Position numbers and translations under genes: made by a program. A stretch of 64,000 bases of DNA from the human T2T-CHM13v2.0 reference genome, Homo sapiens: assembly GCF_009914755.1 (NCBI RefSeq), contig NC_060937.1; one strand, 5' to 3'. The notes under the pieces are model-generated. The model was given only the letters and a program-made list of their open reading frames with translations, did no database searches and had not been told where the DNA came from. This document shows, piece after piece, positions 14,762 to 30,955 of the stretch. Position 1 is the stretch's first letter. Every line of letters starts with the position of its first letter.

Positions 14762-16112
14762 TATGTCACTTCTGAGAGGGGTTTATAAATGAAACATATT
14801 TGTGTAATCTTTCTTTTTTCCCTTACTGAATTAATTGTAGCTTTCATTCTTAGATTTTACATTCTATGACTGTCTACCTCTTTTCAGACCAGCTTTCTGG
14901 GCATCTTCCAATTCAATTTGAGGAAAACTTGTAAATTTTAAGATAAGAGAGACTCAGATGGAGGCCAAAAGATGTAATTTGGAAAATGTCAAAACCAATT
15001 TAAAAAGGAAAATAAAAGTATAAAAAATGCATGTTTATGCTAAGTCAAAAAACCAGGGAGTATTTCAGCTCACGAGTGGCCATAATGACATATTAAAGTC
15101 AATTCATTTTTTTCCTGTACCATATGGAAAAACATTCATTGCTAGACCAATCTATATACAGTCCTTATGTCAACTTTGTGTCTGTCAGGAGTAGAAAAGC
15201 AGCATGGTGGCCCCTTGAAAGGACACATTTCCATAGACAGTCAACGGGTTGGGCTATCACTTCTTGGTCACTCATGATCCCTGACAGACTCTTCTGGGGA
15301 AGTGATTGAGAAAAGAGCTAAAGGAATGGCCTCCAAAATGAAAAAAAAAAAAAAGCATGTACAAAATATTCTGCTCGGGGGACACAGAGAGAGTATAGAA
15401 CTTCCACGTGTTTATTTGATCTACAAATTAGAAAAAAAAATCACATTTGACCATTATTTGATACTATGCGAACATATATGCACACTCTAAATCAGTGTCT
15501 AAGTTAGACCTGAGCCATGTTAAAAACTTGAGATGTCCTGAAGGAAAAAGAGAAGTTTCAAGCTGAGAGGTCTACAGTGGTGTGTTCAGTTCTCTGTTTG
15601 CTCTTGGCATATCAAGGTAGATAATGATACATGTTTTGCCCAGGTCCTATCATGTAAGGTTATATTATCAACTAAATTAGTCCTCAGAAAATGAATGTGT
15701 TGCTTGCAAAAAAGCAACTACATGGAAATTCCAGACTGAAGAACACACTAATATTGCAAGGAGAGTGAATAAGAAAATAGCAGAGCTGACTTATCCATTC
15801 TTTGAGCTCTTCCTAGGCCACCTTATGGGATAAAGCATTTATCATCTACTCATAGAGTGTATAAAGTACCTTCAAAAATTAGCTAATGAGCCCTACGAAC
15901 CCAGAACAACAGTATTGAGCCCTATAATGTTTTCAACTATGTTTAATGTTTTTTGATACCCAACCTAGTATAAGTCTTCACTAAGCATAGGGATCAGTGA
16001 TTAAAACATTTGAGATTTTTCCTTTATTAACAGAATTCAAAATGCCCCATTGGATTATATAACAGAAATGGATGAAATAAACATGGAGAACAGTAAGACA
16101 CAAACTGAAATG

Positions 16113-16421
16113 CAGTCTGCCCTCCATATCCTTGGGTTTTGTATCCTTGGATTCAACTAATTGTGGCTCAAAAATATTGTAAAATAAATACAACAATAAA
16201 AATAATACAAATAAGCAATATAATAGAACAACTATTTACATAGCCTTACATCGTATTAGGTATTGCAAGTGCATCTAGAGATGATTTAAAGTGTACAGGA
16301 GGATATGCATAGGTTATATGCAAATACTACACTATTTTATATTAGGGACTTGAGCATCCATTAATTTTGGCATCCATGGACGTCCTGGAATCAATCTCCC
16401 ACGGATAGCAAAGGATGACTA
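16113..16421 (-). mobile_element. MER2 (TcMar-Tigger) MITE
   Basis: cagtctgccctccatatcc...ggattcaac...cctggaatcaatctcccacggatagcaaaggatgact; TIR-like ends. Confidence 0.85.
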
Positions 16422-16834
16422 CATCACTTTCCCAGTAAAAACAGACATAGAGGAAATATTGTTTAATATTGGAAGAAACAAGTACTAGAACAAATTCACA
16501 ATGTGGGATATTTGCCATGCAGTTCGATAAAGAAAGAGATATTTCCAACATGCCTGAACTTATGGTATTTTCAAAATTCTGTTTTAGCAATGAAATATAA
16601 AATTATTTTGTGAACTACATTACTAAAAAGCTGTACCGGACTTATGACTTTTTAATTAAAACATTCTATAGACAAACAGCATAGGTATAAACTCATGTGG
16701 TGGCAACTTGGCTGAAATTTATGAGCATGGGGCAAAAGGAAACAGAGTTAGCATCGTGTTTACAATATTTTCATTGCATGATAATTTACAGCAAAGCAGA
16801 GAAATTGAGGCCAGAAGTACACAAAATGTTATGA

Positions 16835-17223
<389 letters not shown>

Positions 17224-17274
17224 ATTCACTCACTTAGTCATCATGACTCTATGGAGGGTGATTCAGTTCCAAGT

Positions 17275-17400
17275 TCATTTTTCAGATGTGGAGACTGAGA
17301 CACAGAGAAGTTAGAAATCTCCCATAGATCACATAGAATGTGGTCAAATCAGGCCAATCTGGTCAGTCTGGCTCTAGAGTCAATTACTAAATTTTACTGC
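17275..17400 (-). mobile_element. MIR fragment
   Basis: tttcagatgtggagactgagacacagagaagttag core. Confidence 0.6.
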
Positions 17401-20389
17401 TACTCTTATCTAGGTATCTTTGTGAGGCATTTTTTTTTTTTTTTAGCCACAACAGCCATTAATATCAAAAATAAAAGTAAACAGAATTTAGAAGCAAACT
17501 TTGAAATCACTGCATATTTTATCACATTTTCTTTCTAAAATATTTAAAACATTTTTAGCAAAGAAAGGAGCTACTTAATCATTAATAAGTACAGCCAATA
17601 CAGTATTTTAAATTTCATCTTTAGGATGTCCTTTAAATTTTCCATTGTTCGTATTTTTCATCACATACATAGCATATTTGTACCTGTATATAATATGCAT
17701 GTTCATGTGTATCTATGTATACATTTTTATTAGGACATGCATACGAAAGGTATACTGATGGCAGTACAATAAAAAAAAGTCTAAGGATTGGTGAGCTAAA
17801 GAAATAATTTGTACTAAATAAGAACAGGAATGGAAAAAACCAAGTGAGATAGAGGGATGAGGATTCTAAAGACTCTGAGGAGCAGGGGGAATCAGTAGAA
17901 ATATTAGGAGATTGTGCCTGAAACATGGAGAAGAAGAAAAGAATGATGGATATGGTGTGAGATGAGGCTGTAAAGGGTGTTGGGGAGGACGAGACGACAG
18001 GTGGGAGAAAGGTCTGTACCAAGGCGATGGCAAAAGAAGGTCAGTGGGAAATGGTGAACTTTGGACTAGATAGGTGGCATTGAAATGAAGCAAAGATATA
18101 TGGAGAAAAACGTATACTGAGGTCATCTATTTCTTTTTCGTCTATCTAAGAGAAAATGGTAGTCACAGTGATGAAAGATGAGGCTATGAAAGGTAAAAAT
18201 GGGAGGATTCAACATTTTGACAAAATAGGTTTTTGTAAGATACAGTAAAGAAAAAATGGATATGTAAATATTGTTTATTTATTTATAATTTTAAATTTGT
18301 CTTATAATTTCTGATAATCAAGAGTGACTTGAAATACTTCAGCATTTTGTTTCTTATTGTATAAAGTTCTCAATAATCTCTAAACAAGCATTTAAAGGGA
18401 CGTATGATTTTTATCTTTTTAATAGAATGAGGTATCCTTTTGTAACTGGAATCATTCTGTTCTCCAAATTATGAATTTATGGCTCTGCAAGAGATGTTGA
18501 GCTCTTTTTAATCCTATAAAAACACTATCCCATTCAGAGATGCAACTCGGTTCACACACAAACACAATTTTCAAAATTCCTTCTAAGGGTTTTAGGTTTG
18601 TTTTTGGTTTTTTCTTTTTTAAAATCTTTTCCATTTGACTACTGAGATTTGGGCCTTACTTCCTAACCCCATACTCAAAAAAGTGAAGGAAAAAGCACTT
18701 CTCTCTTTTAAGCGGGAAAAAGGCCTCTGTGGCTGAGGCTTCCTGGTGCAAGGTCACCCCAGAATGTTCCGCTGTCTCCCCTAGAATGTTGATGGGTGTC
18801 TCTGAAGCTCCAGAACGCTGACATTGGAGGTGTTGCCGAAGAAATATTCTTAACGACTAAAGAGTTATGTCCCTTATCAATGTTGCATTGTGAGCATTCT
18901 GGAAGATTGCCAAAGCTTTGTAAAACACCCGTATTATTTTAAATCTCAGACACATTGAGATCAAAAGTTAATAGAAAGTCTTCAGTTAAAAAAAAAAGAA
19001 ATTAAATAAGTATATAAATGAATAAACCAGAAAATCATAGTGAAAGGGAGTTTTATAAGCTTTACAGTAGTGGAAGAAAGTAAAATTGTGCTTTGCAATA
19101 GAAGATATTAACTTAAAGTTTAAAATAACAGGGATTCTGTGAATTTTATGAGGACTGTGTACACTGACTTTATCCATGTACTTAAGAAAAAACCTTCTCT
19201 TAAACTTCTTCCTGTATTCAATATGAACTTTAAATATCAGCTTTTGAAGATAATTTTGGAAATGCACAGTATATTCACATATCCTAGGGAAGCAGAGGGT
19301 GCAGGATCCATTAGTTCAAATCTGTTCTTTTGACTTGATGTGTTAATACAAAACATAATAGAATTAATAGTAGCTTCTCCAGATCTGGCATATCTGGGTG
19401 TTAAGAGCCCTTGAACCACCTCTGTCCCTCTAATGGGACAATGTGAGACTAAGGTACAAGAGTGTAAAGAGTGAAAAGATGTGAGGTCATTATTATCTCC
19501 TATGAATCTTTGCAACCCAATAGAGATAGCTAATTAGGACAAGATTTTTTTTTCAGCTAGGTATTGGAAATTTTGAAGTGCCCACTCTCCTGTTTCCTTT
19601 ATCTTTTCTATTTTATATCTATGGATTTTCATGCTAAACTTATTTTAAGGGCCTGGCAGGGTGAAAATGGAGTTATTATCTTGAAACAAAACTTTGGTTC
19701 ATCCCAGAATTGTGACTTACTACATTTTAAATTTCAAGGTTTTTTCCTCTCACTTAGACCTCTCGTTAATGATTCATGAATGAAGACTTTTCCTAGTGTA
19801 ATGCACTTTTTTCATATCTGGATTAGATGATTAGATACAGTTATCAGGGTCAAGAAAAAGGCACCAATTTAGGTGCAAGAAAAGGTAGAAGTAACTTCAG
19901 GCATTAAATTTAATTATAGTTTTTCTTTGTTCTTGGCATGCAAACATCATCCAAATACGAATGGAGGATTAACTGTGCTTAAATCACTGTAGAATTGTAG
20001 GGCTGAATAGCACACGTGAGAGACGGCAAATAGGTGAAAATATGTTACTCACGTCACTCCTGTCTCCTAGGGAAGTGGTGGTCATTGCTGATAAGGTCTC
20101 AACTTTCTTTCCTGCTGAACTTCAGACTACTTAACACAGAAACTAGGAATAATTGAGAGCTGGCATATAAATGACAACTCACCTCCCATTTCTTTGTTTC
20201 CAATAGGAAGTTTATAGTCTAAAACTTTTGTAAGAAAGAGAAAGGGTTAAGAATATACAGAAATACTGATTAGATGTACTTGTAACATAGCTACTCAGTT
20301 GTGTTGTGTGGTGCTAGGGCGATGAAGCCATTTGACTTACATCTGCTAATCCAGTGATTCCATTGATCTGACTGCTTTTCTCTTTCAGT

Positions 20390-21678
<1,289 letters not shown>

Positions 21679-21990
21679 AGAGGAAAGGCTGATGAGGAAA
21701 CTTGCTTTGGAGCCCTCTGAGAAGATCTTTTGAGGGAAGAGATTCCATTCAGGGATCACCACTGATATTGTTTGGATTACATGAGTTTCTTCATGTTTTC
21801 TATAAATATTAATTTGATTATTGATTTAAATCATAGATATCTTTTTTCTTTAAAATTTGCTATGTAATATTAAAATATCACTTAGATAAAAGATTCTGAG
21901 TGGGTTAAAAAGAGTAAAAATAAAATCATAGCCAAATAATGTTAGCAATTATTAAATGGTTTGTTAAAAAATACAATAAAAACAGAATTA

Positions 21991-22298
<308 letters not shown>

Positions 22299-22771
22299 AA
22301 TTTGGGAGCATTAGCTTGTTTGTAAAATCACTATAAAGGACGATAAAATGGTAAAATGGTGAACTTCCATGTGCTAGAATTAAAGCCCTCCCAAAATTGT
22401 GGATAGATATTCATGAAATGGGGAAATTCCTACAGATTCAGAAGCAAAGTAGCTAGTCAATGATTCATGAATAATTGTGTTAACAGCCCATGCGGATTCC
22501 CTGGGAACTCTCTACATGCGAGTGTCCCAACAGGCTTCCATCACCATGATTATGTAAAGCAAAACGAGGAAATTCCCTGATTGTTTCCATATCAGTTGGG
22601 CTTTAAGTCCTCCCTTGGCTGTATTTCTTCTCCTTCACGGTATCTTTGATGATGATTTTAACCAAGTGTTACCTGTATGCAAATATTTTGTACAAATATT
22701 TCCACTGAAGATACAAAATAAAAGTTTTTCCAGATAAAAAGCTTCGTAGGATTGGCCCAGAATGGATAACA

Positions 22772-23062
22772 TTTTTATTTTGAGACAGGGGCTCACTCTG
22801 TCACCCAGGCTGGAGTGTAGTGGTGATCACAGCTCACTGAAACCTCTGCCTCCTGGGCTCAAGTGATCCTCCTACCTCTCAGCTTCCTGAGTAGCTGGGA
22901 CTACTGTTGCCTGCAACTGTGTGCCTGGAAATCCCTTTTTTTTTTGGTAGAGACAGAGTTTCACCATGTTGCCCAAGCTGGACTTGAACACCTGGGATCA
23001 AGCGACCCACCAGCCTCCACCTTCCTGAGTGCCAGGATTACAGGCATGAGCCACTGCGCCTG
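22772..23062 (-). mobile_element. AluJ SINE
   Basis: gagacagggg...gggctcaagtgatcctcctacctc...gagccactgcgcctg. Confidence 0.88.
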
Positions 23063-23080
23063 TAATAACAATTTAGGGGA

Positions 23081-23592
23081 TATGTTATTTACCTATTGCA
23101 GCATAAAAATTACTCCAAAGCATACTGGCTTAAAACAACAAATATTTATTATGTCAAAGTAGGTCAAAAATCTTGGTGTATTTCAGCAGAGTGTTTGTGG
23201 TTCAGAGTTTTTCACAAGGTGTTGCCTGGGCTGCAGTCACCTCAAGGCACAACAGGGGGAAGATCTGGTTTCACATTCATTCAAGTGGCTATTGACAGGC
23301 CTCACGTCCTCATTAGCTATTGGCTTGTTCCTTTCCATGTGGGTCTTTCCACAAGGCAGCTTACAACATGGCAGCTGGCTTCTCTCAGAGCAAGTCAGCG
23401 AAAGAGTGAAATAGAGCAAGCAAGGTGGAAGCCAAACTGTTCAAAATCTAATTTCAGAAGTACCATCCTGTCACTTTTGCTGTATTCTATCCACTAAAAG
23501 GAAGTCACTAGATCCAGTCTACAATCAGAAGAAAAAATTACACACAGACAAAAATTGACAAATGAAAGCCATCTTAGAAGTTGTCTACCACA
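23081..23592 (-). mobile_element. MLT1 (MaLR, MLT1F/G-like) solo LTR
   Basis: tggcttaaaacaacaaatatttattat...ccatcttagaagttgtctaccaca. Confidence 0.8.
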
Positions 23593-24384
23593 GAAGGTAT
23601 GAAATGCATACATGCTTTAAAATGTATTATATGTATTACAGTAATTTATGTAGATTTTTTATTCTAATAGTTTATTTTTCAACATTACCAGAAAATTAAT
23701 CATCCTTTAATTATTTTGTTTATTAAAGCTAATTGGAGCCATTGGGAAGTAAATTATCTAATTTAACAATTAATTTGGGATTTATGAGAAACATTTTTAC
23801 TAAGCGCAGTTAGGAGGAAAAAAAACACTACCAAAGTTTTTCTTAAAATAATATTAAATGAGGTTGTCGTAGTAGAAAAACTCAAGTTTATTGATTTTAG
23901 AATTTTTATTCTAAGTAACTATACAAATTTTAGGATTTTGATATTTCAAAATAGATTCACGGAAGTAATGTGAAATTTTGTCAGCTATCTTCATCTTACA
24001 ACCTCTTTCTATCAGTTTTTCCTTTTCTCTATCTATTTATTCAATCCCTAGAAAAGAGATTTTCTTTTTCATTTTTAAGTAATTTCTCAGTTTAGATTAA
24101 AATTGCTCAAAGACAACTATTACTTGTACTTCTGCATAAGAAACTGAGTAACCATAATTCCGAAAGAATAAACAATGATGAATACATGTTTGACAGTAAA
24201 AAACTTTATATTTTGAGAATAGATTATCCTTCAAAAAATTAGCATAATGCAGTAGGCCAAGAATACCATATACTACATCACTTGTTTCATTAGCCATTAT
24301 TCAGTATAACATCTAAAACATACCTGTAATTTTGCTCAAACATCTTTACCAGATACCTCAAAATCTTCAGAGTCCTCAAGACTC

Positions 24385-24934
24385 TGAAGGGGAGGAAAAA
24401 GATCTTTTCCTCTATACTCCTAGGTTCTCTGGTCAGGACTCTGAATATTAGACTGATAAAAGACAAATTAACAAAATGAAAACAAACAGTTATTAACATG
24501 TGCAGCACAAATTCATGTGGGAGAAACTCAGTGACGAGTAACTCAAAGGAGTGATTAGAACGTGAGCTTCTATAGCATCTTAACAAAAGAACAACACATT
24601 TGTAGAAAAGTAATCGGACAAAAGAAAAGGGCTTTATGGCTTTTAGGGGCCACGAACTGTGGAGTGGTAAATATAGGGGGCAAATATAATGGGTTATTTT
24701 AGCAAGGTCCATTTGTGCAAGTCCATCTCCGTGCCATCTTGTTTTCAGTGATGTTATCTTCTTGGTATGCGAAGAGAGTGGGAAAACACCTTCATAAAGG
24801 GAAATTATGTTCCATTTTTAGGCAGATTGGGAAAGGGTAGAAATCTCATCGACTTTTCCTCAACTGCCTTTAACTCAAAATAATTCTAATGCCAGGGTAG
24901 CCTACTTTGGTATAATATGCTCTGAATGTCTTTA
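24385..24934 (-). mobile_element. MER34-family (ERV1) solo LTR
   Basis: Reverse complement begins like MER34 (ttcagagcatattataccaaagtag...ggcattagaattatttttgagttaaaggcagttgag). Confidence 0.75.
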
Positions 24935-27117
24935 ACTTCAATAATTTTTAATGTTCCATATTTTAAAAAAAATTATATTCAAATATGTTCCATTTGATAA
25001 CTTCAACTGTCTTCTGAGATGTATTTCATAAGAAGTTCTTTTTTTGTTTCAGTAATACTACCTTCATGATCAGACATATTTTGGCGGTGAAATTTGCATT
25101 TAGCATCGATACTTGTTTTGTCTACATCGAGTGGGAAATTATTAATATATTTGTAGTTATTAGTCAATTTATATTTTCTATATCATTTCCTCACTAGTTC
25201 TCAAATTAGCAGAAGCTAAATTTGGAAATTGATTTCTCCAAACTAATGAAATTATCTGCTAAAATTCTCTATTTTTCCCCTAATCCTAGCTTTTAATTAC
25301 CTCACATTCTCCTCATTGATAATAATTTTTTATCCTCCTCATCTTCCTAATTATTTATTTGAAACTTATTTCTTTTTTAAGAAAATAAAGGCTTGAGTCT
25401 ATTTAAATCTGGATGTGATTTGATATCTAATTTAAATTTAATTATGTAAAAACAAAATATAATTATCATTCCTCTCCAGTGTTCTGTCTTTTGGAAACTT
25501 ACTTCATGTAATTATCATAAATCTGGACGGAAATCTGAAAATTGAAAATTGGGTTGCTAAATTTGATATTTGATTTTGATATAAAACAATATTAATCCAA
25601 AGATCATTCAAAAGACTATTAGAAGGTCAAGCCTATTCTTCAAGATTGTTATCAATATTTAATTTAGGACCAAGCTAACCAGATGCAGCAGCATTTCTTG
25701 CAAAATGGAGCTAGAGAAAGAGAAATCACCTGTTTTACTAATGTAGAAAAAAGTCCAAGGTCTTCAATACTTTCATAAAAGCAGGATTTAAAAAATAACC
25801 ACTGAAAATACAGTAAACTTTGTCAAAAAACTTTGATTTAGCAGTTTCTTACATCTGAAATTGCCTTGAAATGTATTACCATACCCATGACAAAGTCTTA
25901 TTTAACTTAAAATGGAATCAAATAACATGAGGTCCGAGAGCATACCTCACCATGGTCATGTAGGGTAAGTGTGTTTTGTCAAGATACAGATGCTACGCTC
26001 ACCGGGGAATCTCTACTAGACTCCCTGGGGGATGTTGGAGTGATTACCAGTCAGATGATGAGAAGTGGGAGGCTGCACACAGGTAGGCTTGTTCTGAGAC
26101 TCCTGATGAGGCAGCAAGCATGGTCAGCAGCCTCAATTTTCTCTTCTCTGAATCCCAAGGCCAGAAGAAAGCCACAGGGCTAAACAGTCTCTGAAATGCT
26201 TTTGTGTGCTTTTATGCAACCTCATAAATTTCCAAATGTGTTGTGCTCAAACCAAACAGAATATATTTCTAATTTACAATTGCTGCTCTGTGAGATGGTG
26301 GCCAGTTTTCTGTGCAATAAAATGGTACATCAAGATTTGTAGGCAGTTCTCATTGTGAACATAGTGCATTGGGACAAGTATAAATGATACCATTAAAGAT
26401 TCATTCCACAACCCTCACTAGAGCTTTATACAGCTACATGGCATTACTTTTAATACAGATTTAGAATATATTTTTTCTTTCCTCTCATTTTACAGCTTAA
26501 ATATTTGTGGTTTGTTTGGTTTAGTACCTGTTTCTATGTTACTCTTTCAAGATGGAATACCTCCCATTAAGGTTTCTTCTCAGCCATTTTCTCCAGACCC
26601 TCATTAAGAGAAATGTTTCTGAGAGTTCCCTTAAAAGTAAGTGAAGCTCATCTCTTCTACACACAACCTTTGCAGAGACTGAGCCCAAATACAAGGCTAA
26701 GCTGAGCTGCCTTCTTTCCAACTATTCCTCAAGTAAGCAAATTTGCTTAATATTCTCAGTCTACTTTTGGTTGAGATACAAAGTCATGTGTAAAAATAAA
26801 AACAAAAAGAAAGGGAGAGAAAGGGTCAGAAATCATGATATTAATATTAAATTTCTTTTTGTCAAAAATAAGGGTCTGTAGTCAAGGCATAGGTAGTTTG
26901 CCTGGCACTTTATGTACTAGCAAATAAGCCAGAAAACTAGATTTACTCCACTCTAAGTAACTATCCCAGAACTAACTGAAGATTGCCTGAATATATTCAG
27001 TGCAATACACGTTAGGGTCTTTCAAAGCTTCTATTTTTTTAGATGTAAATATAATTTCACCAGTTTAATCTACTTATTAGCTTCTCTCTTGATTTTATCT
27101 TTAAAGATTCTATTGAA

Positions 27118-27330
27118 CAGTTTTGGGTCACAGATCTCCATGATTACTTGATTTATCTATTCATTCAATCAATTTTTTTAAACATATGTGTCAGAGAACT
27201 TTGAAAAATGGGTATCTGTTTTCCAGAAATACTAATTTGCACACAATAGTATATATACAGTAGTTGTCTACAACTTGTAGGATTTATGGATCCCCTATAG
27301 ACCATCTAGACATTTCTCAGATTAAAAAAC
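27118..27330. mobile_element. MER103-like hAT fossil
   Basis: ttttgggtcacagatc...tttatggatcccct...cagattaaaaaac. Confidence 0.4.
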
Positions 27331-27529
27331 AATTGTTACATTTCTTCTTTCTTGTTAGCATGTAAATATATCCTGGAGTGAATTGTCCCTAGTTAAAATA
27401 AACAATAACACAAAAATATCTCTTAATTTGAATGTTTTAGGCTCCCCCTTAGCTAAAGTAGGCATTCCTCTTTGAACGTGCATTGTCTTCTAGGTAACAT
27501 TCTGCTCCTCTTCCTCCTTTCTACAGTGT

Positions 27530-27898
27530 AATCATTATCTCTGGTTTCCCACCTTCCATCTATTCTTCAGTCTGTTGCCTTCTAGCTTCTGTTCCACTGA
27601 AACTGCTTTTGTTCAGATCACTGTAACATCTGTGAGGTCTAAAAATTACTGTGCATTTTCTCTTGGCAGTCTCACAGATACCTCAAAATCAAAATTTCAA
27701 AATTAAACCTATCTTCTCTGAAAAACATTTTCTCCTTTGTATTCTGTGTCTCAATCAAAGACATCTCTACAGACTCAATTATCCAATAGAAAATTCTGGA
27801 GCCATTTCATATTCCTCTTCCCTCACCCTACACATCTATCTGGTGAGCAAGTCTTACAGACTCAAACTCTTTTGTATCTTTCAACTGTCCCCTTATCT
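27530..27898 (+). mobile_element. L2 fragment
   Basis: ttccactgaaactgcttttgttcagatcact; ttcctcttccctcaccctacacatctatctgg. Confidence 0.55.
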
Positions 27899-28259
27899 TC
27901 ATTTCAGAGTCATTTATAAAGTAGAACTGATTCGATTGAATAAGGACATACAAGAGAAAGATTTCCCAAATCTTATATGTGTATGTATTTGTGTGTGTGT
28001 GTGCGTGTGTGTCTGTATGTGCGTATTCTTGTGGCAGAATTTCTTTTCCAGAAAAATTCAGTTTTTGCTCAAGGTCTTTCCACTAATTGGATGAGACCCA
28101 GTCACTTTATGGAGTATAATTTCCTTTACTTGAAGTCAACTGATGGTAGATGGTAACCATATCTGCAAAATACCTTCATAGCAATACCCATATTAGTGTT
28201 TGATTAAATAACTGGGTACTATTGCCTAGCCAAGTTGACACATACAACTTATCATCACA
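27899..28259 (-). mobile_element. MLT2 (ERVL) LTR with internal (TG)n
   Basis: cctttacttgaagtcaactgat...ttagtgtttgattaaataactgggtactattgcctagccaagttgacacata...catcaca. Confidence 0.8.
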
Positions 28260-29660
28260 AGTTAGAACAGTTTTCCAGCTTCCAGAGCAGATTTGAGCTA
28301 CATGGGGTTGTTATATTATCATGTTATCATTTTCAGTGGATTCTTATTAGTTTTCCTTGGGGGCGGGGGTGAAAGGAGAGGAGATAGAACTGGGTTGAAG
28401 GTGCAGTTCCTATAAATGGTCTATGACTTTTTGCTTTCCTTGTCATCGCAATCCCAGAGAAAAGCAAATTGATAAATGAATTCACACGAAATTACTTGTG
28501 CCTGTATAAGTTTTTTCTTTTCCTCTCAAGTGTGTCAAAAAGTGAAAGACTACAGAAAACAAAGAAGAATCCTGAATATAAGAATGGAACACTTTAATAA
28601 TAGGCTGCTCTGCTTATATCCCAGCATGTGGCCATCTACTCTGCCTACATATGTGGCTGAGCCAGTAGGGTACACTCATCTCCCCTTCAAGCCTGACAAA
28701 GCTCAAAGGAGCAGATCAATGGCTTCGTGGGAAAGAAGATATACCCGAAGAATTGTAATTAATAATGACATAGTCATTGAAACCAAAGGTAAATAAATAG
28801 TGGGTCATCAGCATGCTACAGGTAAAGAAGGAACAACTTGAAAACAAAAGCCCAATAAAAGAAATGTATAGCTTGAAGGATGTGGTGATGATTACATTCA
28901 GCCCATGATTTTTTTTTTTTTTTTTGTCAATTTGTTTGACTTTTCCTTTTCCCCCCTGGCAGTTGAATTGTCTGCTTTTTTCCTTGAAGCTGTTAAGGCT
29001 TGAGAAAGAAAACAACATAGGCATTTTAATTAACTTAGATGCAGTGTTTGCTTGAAGAGTAGTCACTCTGAAATAACGTGGTCTCCTCTGCACTGGCAGC
29101 AGCTGTTTCAAAGGCTGTACTGGAAGAATAAGGGAGGCTTAAGTTTAAACTAAAAGTAACATGACAGTTACAAGCTCTGCATTCACGCTATGTTCAAAAG
29201 CTTCCTCTATTTCAATTTCCCTTCCTTTTAGAATAAGTAGGGAGGAAAATAATAAATAATATCTCCTAGAAGGTTTCCTCCTGTGGGACTCCATCTTTCT
29301 GCAGTGAGCTACTACACATTCCCTACTCAAAGAACATTAATACAGACCTCCAGGGGAATTTTAAAGAAAAAGATCACCAGAAAGGTGACACTTCTAGAAA
29401 TAGTATCATGGTGTTCGCTCATTAGCCTTGGCTGGTGCAGAGCTGTTCCTCTCAAAGAATTCCTCTTAAAATGCTGCACTTCTAAACTTGGCATCATAAA
29501 GGGAAGTGGAAACTCCTCATTCAAAAATAATTTATATTCTCTTGCTATCTGACCTGCATTAGGAATAAAGGATCTGGAAAGCACTGAATCTAATTTACTC
29601 ACTCAATATTCTTAGATGTTCTTTCCTAGTCACTTTCTACTGATTTATGTGTTAGGGCCT

Positions 29661-30186
29661 CTTGGATAATCCTTAATGATCCTGTTTCCTAGGATCAACA
29701 CCCTTAGGTAATTCCCTTCCCTTATGTGTAGGCTGGATCTTATGACTCTTTTCCCGTGAAAAGAATGTGGCAAAAGTGATGGGATGTCACTTCCATGATT
29801 GGGTTACAAAAACACTGTGGTTTCCATCTTGAATACCCTTTCTTGCTTTTCACTGGTTCACTTTGAGGGAAACCAGCTGCTGAGCGCTGAGCTGTTCTAT
29901 GAAGAAGCTGATGCAGCAAAAAATTTATGTCTCTGGTCATCAGTCAGCAAAGACTTGAACCTCTCAACAGCCTCATAAGTGAGGTCAAAACTGTGTCCTC
30001 ATCAAATCTTGAGATGGCTGCAGCCTGAACAACACATGGACTGCAGCCTTGTGAGATATTGTGATCAAAAACCCTGCTAAGCAGTGCATGAACGCCTAAA
30101 CAACAGAGAATTTAAGAAAATACATATGTGTTGTTTTAAGCTGCTATATTTGGAGGTAATTTTTTTTCAGCAGTAGGATGAACAAT
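29661..30186 (+). mobile_element. MLT1 (MLT1F-like) solo LTR
   Basis: agaatgtggcaaaagtgatgggatgtcacttcc...tgtgttgttttaagctgctatatttggaggtaattt. Confidence 0.8.
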
Positions 30187-30764
30187 GTGTATAATATAGT
30201 ATATTATTTTTTAAGCACCAAATACGTTTGCTTCTACCTGGCACAAAAAGGAAGAGGATGGGTGGATATCTAGATAATTTGATCAATTTAAATAGACCAG
30301 TTTTACTGTTTTTGTTCACAAAGTTTACTTAATGATAGCCAAATTACTTGCTTTACTTTTTTTCTGGCCTATGTAAAGAGGCTATATAATCCAAGACACC
30401 TACAAAATGTTTTTTTGCCATTATCTTATTTACTTAGAAAAAAGCAGAAGTTGTCAACGACACTGGTAAAGACTATATAAAAAGGTATTAAGAAAGATGC
30501 TAATGTCACTAATTTTTTAAATAAAACATATTTGAATATTAAAATACACAGCAGAAAAACTTCCAAAGGTAAAGACTTCAGGGAGTAGAGTTTCCAAGAG
30601 AGTCATTTGTGTAAACAGATGTTAATTAGAAGAAGCTTGAGATGGGATATATAATCATGCGAGTGGGTAGAAAGGACAATTGTACTGTTATATAAGTTAT
30701 CACCATCATGGCTGCTAAGTGATGGAATCTGCTAAGGAAGTTAGTAATAATTACACAGCACAGT

Positions 30765-30955
30765 TAATAATAACAAGTAACATTTTGAACATTTATTATA
30801 TCCTAGTCATTGCCATAGTTAATCTGTACAATACACCTTTGAGACAGGTACTATTATCATCTTAGTTTTACAGATGAGGAAATGGAGGTTAGGAAAGGTG
30901 AAGTGACTTGTGCAAAATCAAGCAATGAATGTCAGAAAAGGGACTGTAACCTATT
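30765..30955 (-). mobile_element. MIR
   Basis: aggtactattatcatcttagttttacagatgaggaaatggagg...gtgacttgtgcaaaatca core. Confidence 0.8.

Noticed and set aside
20318-20372. Box C/D snoRNA-like motifs (GCGATGA...CTGA)
   Set aside because: Imperfect box C, guide segments only 6-7 nt, and no convincing terminal stem
25930-26183. Possible exon (GG|GTAAGT donor near 25965; 70-aa ORF)
   Set aside because: No matched acceptor, reading frame or homology support; isolated splice motifs are common
23081-30186. Two MLT1 LTRs ~6 kb apart as one provirus
   Set aside because: Opposite orientation and no MaLR internal sequence between them
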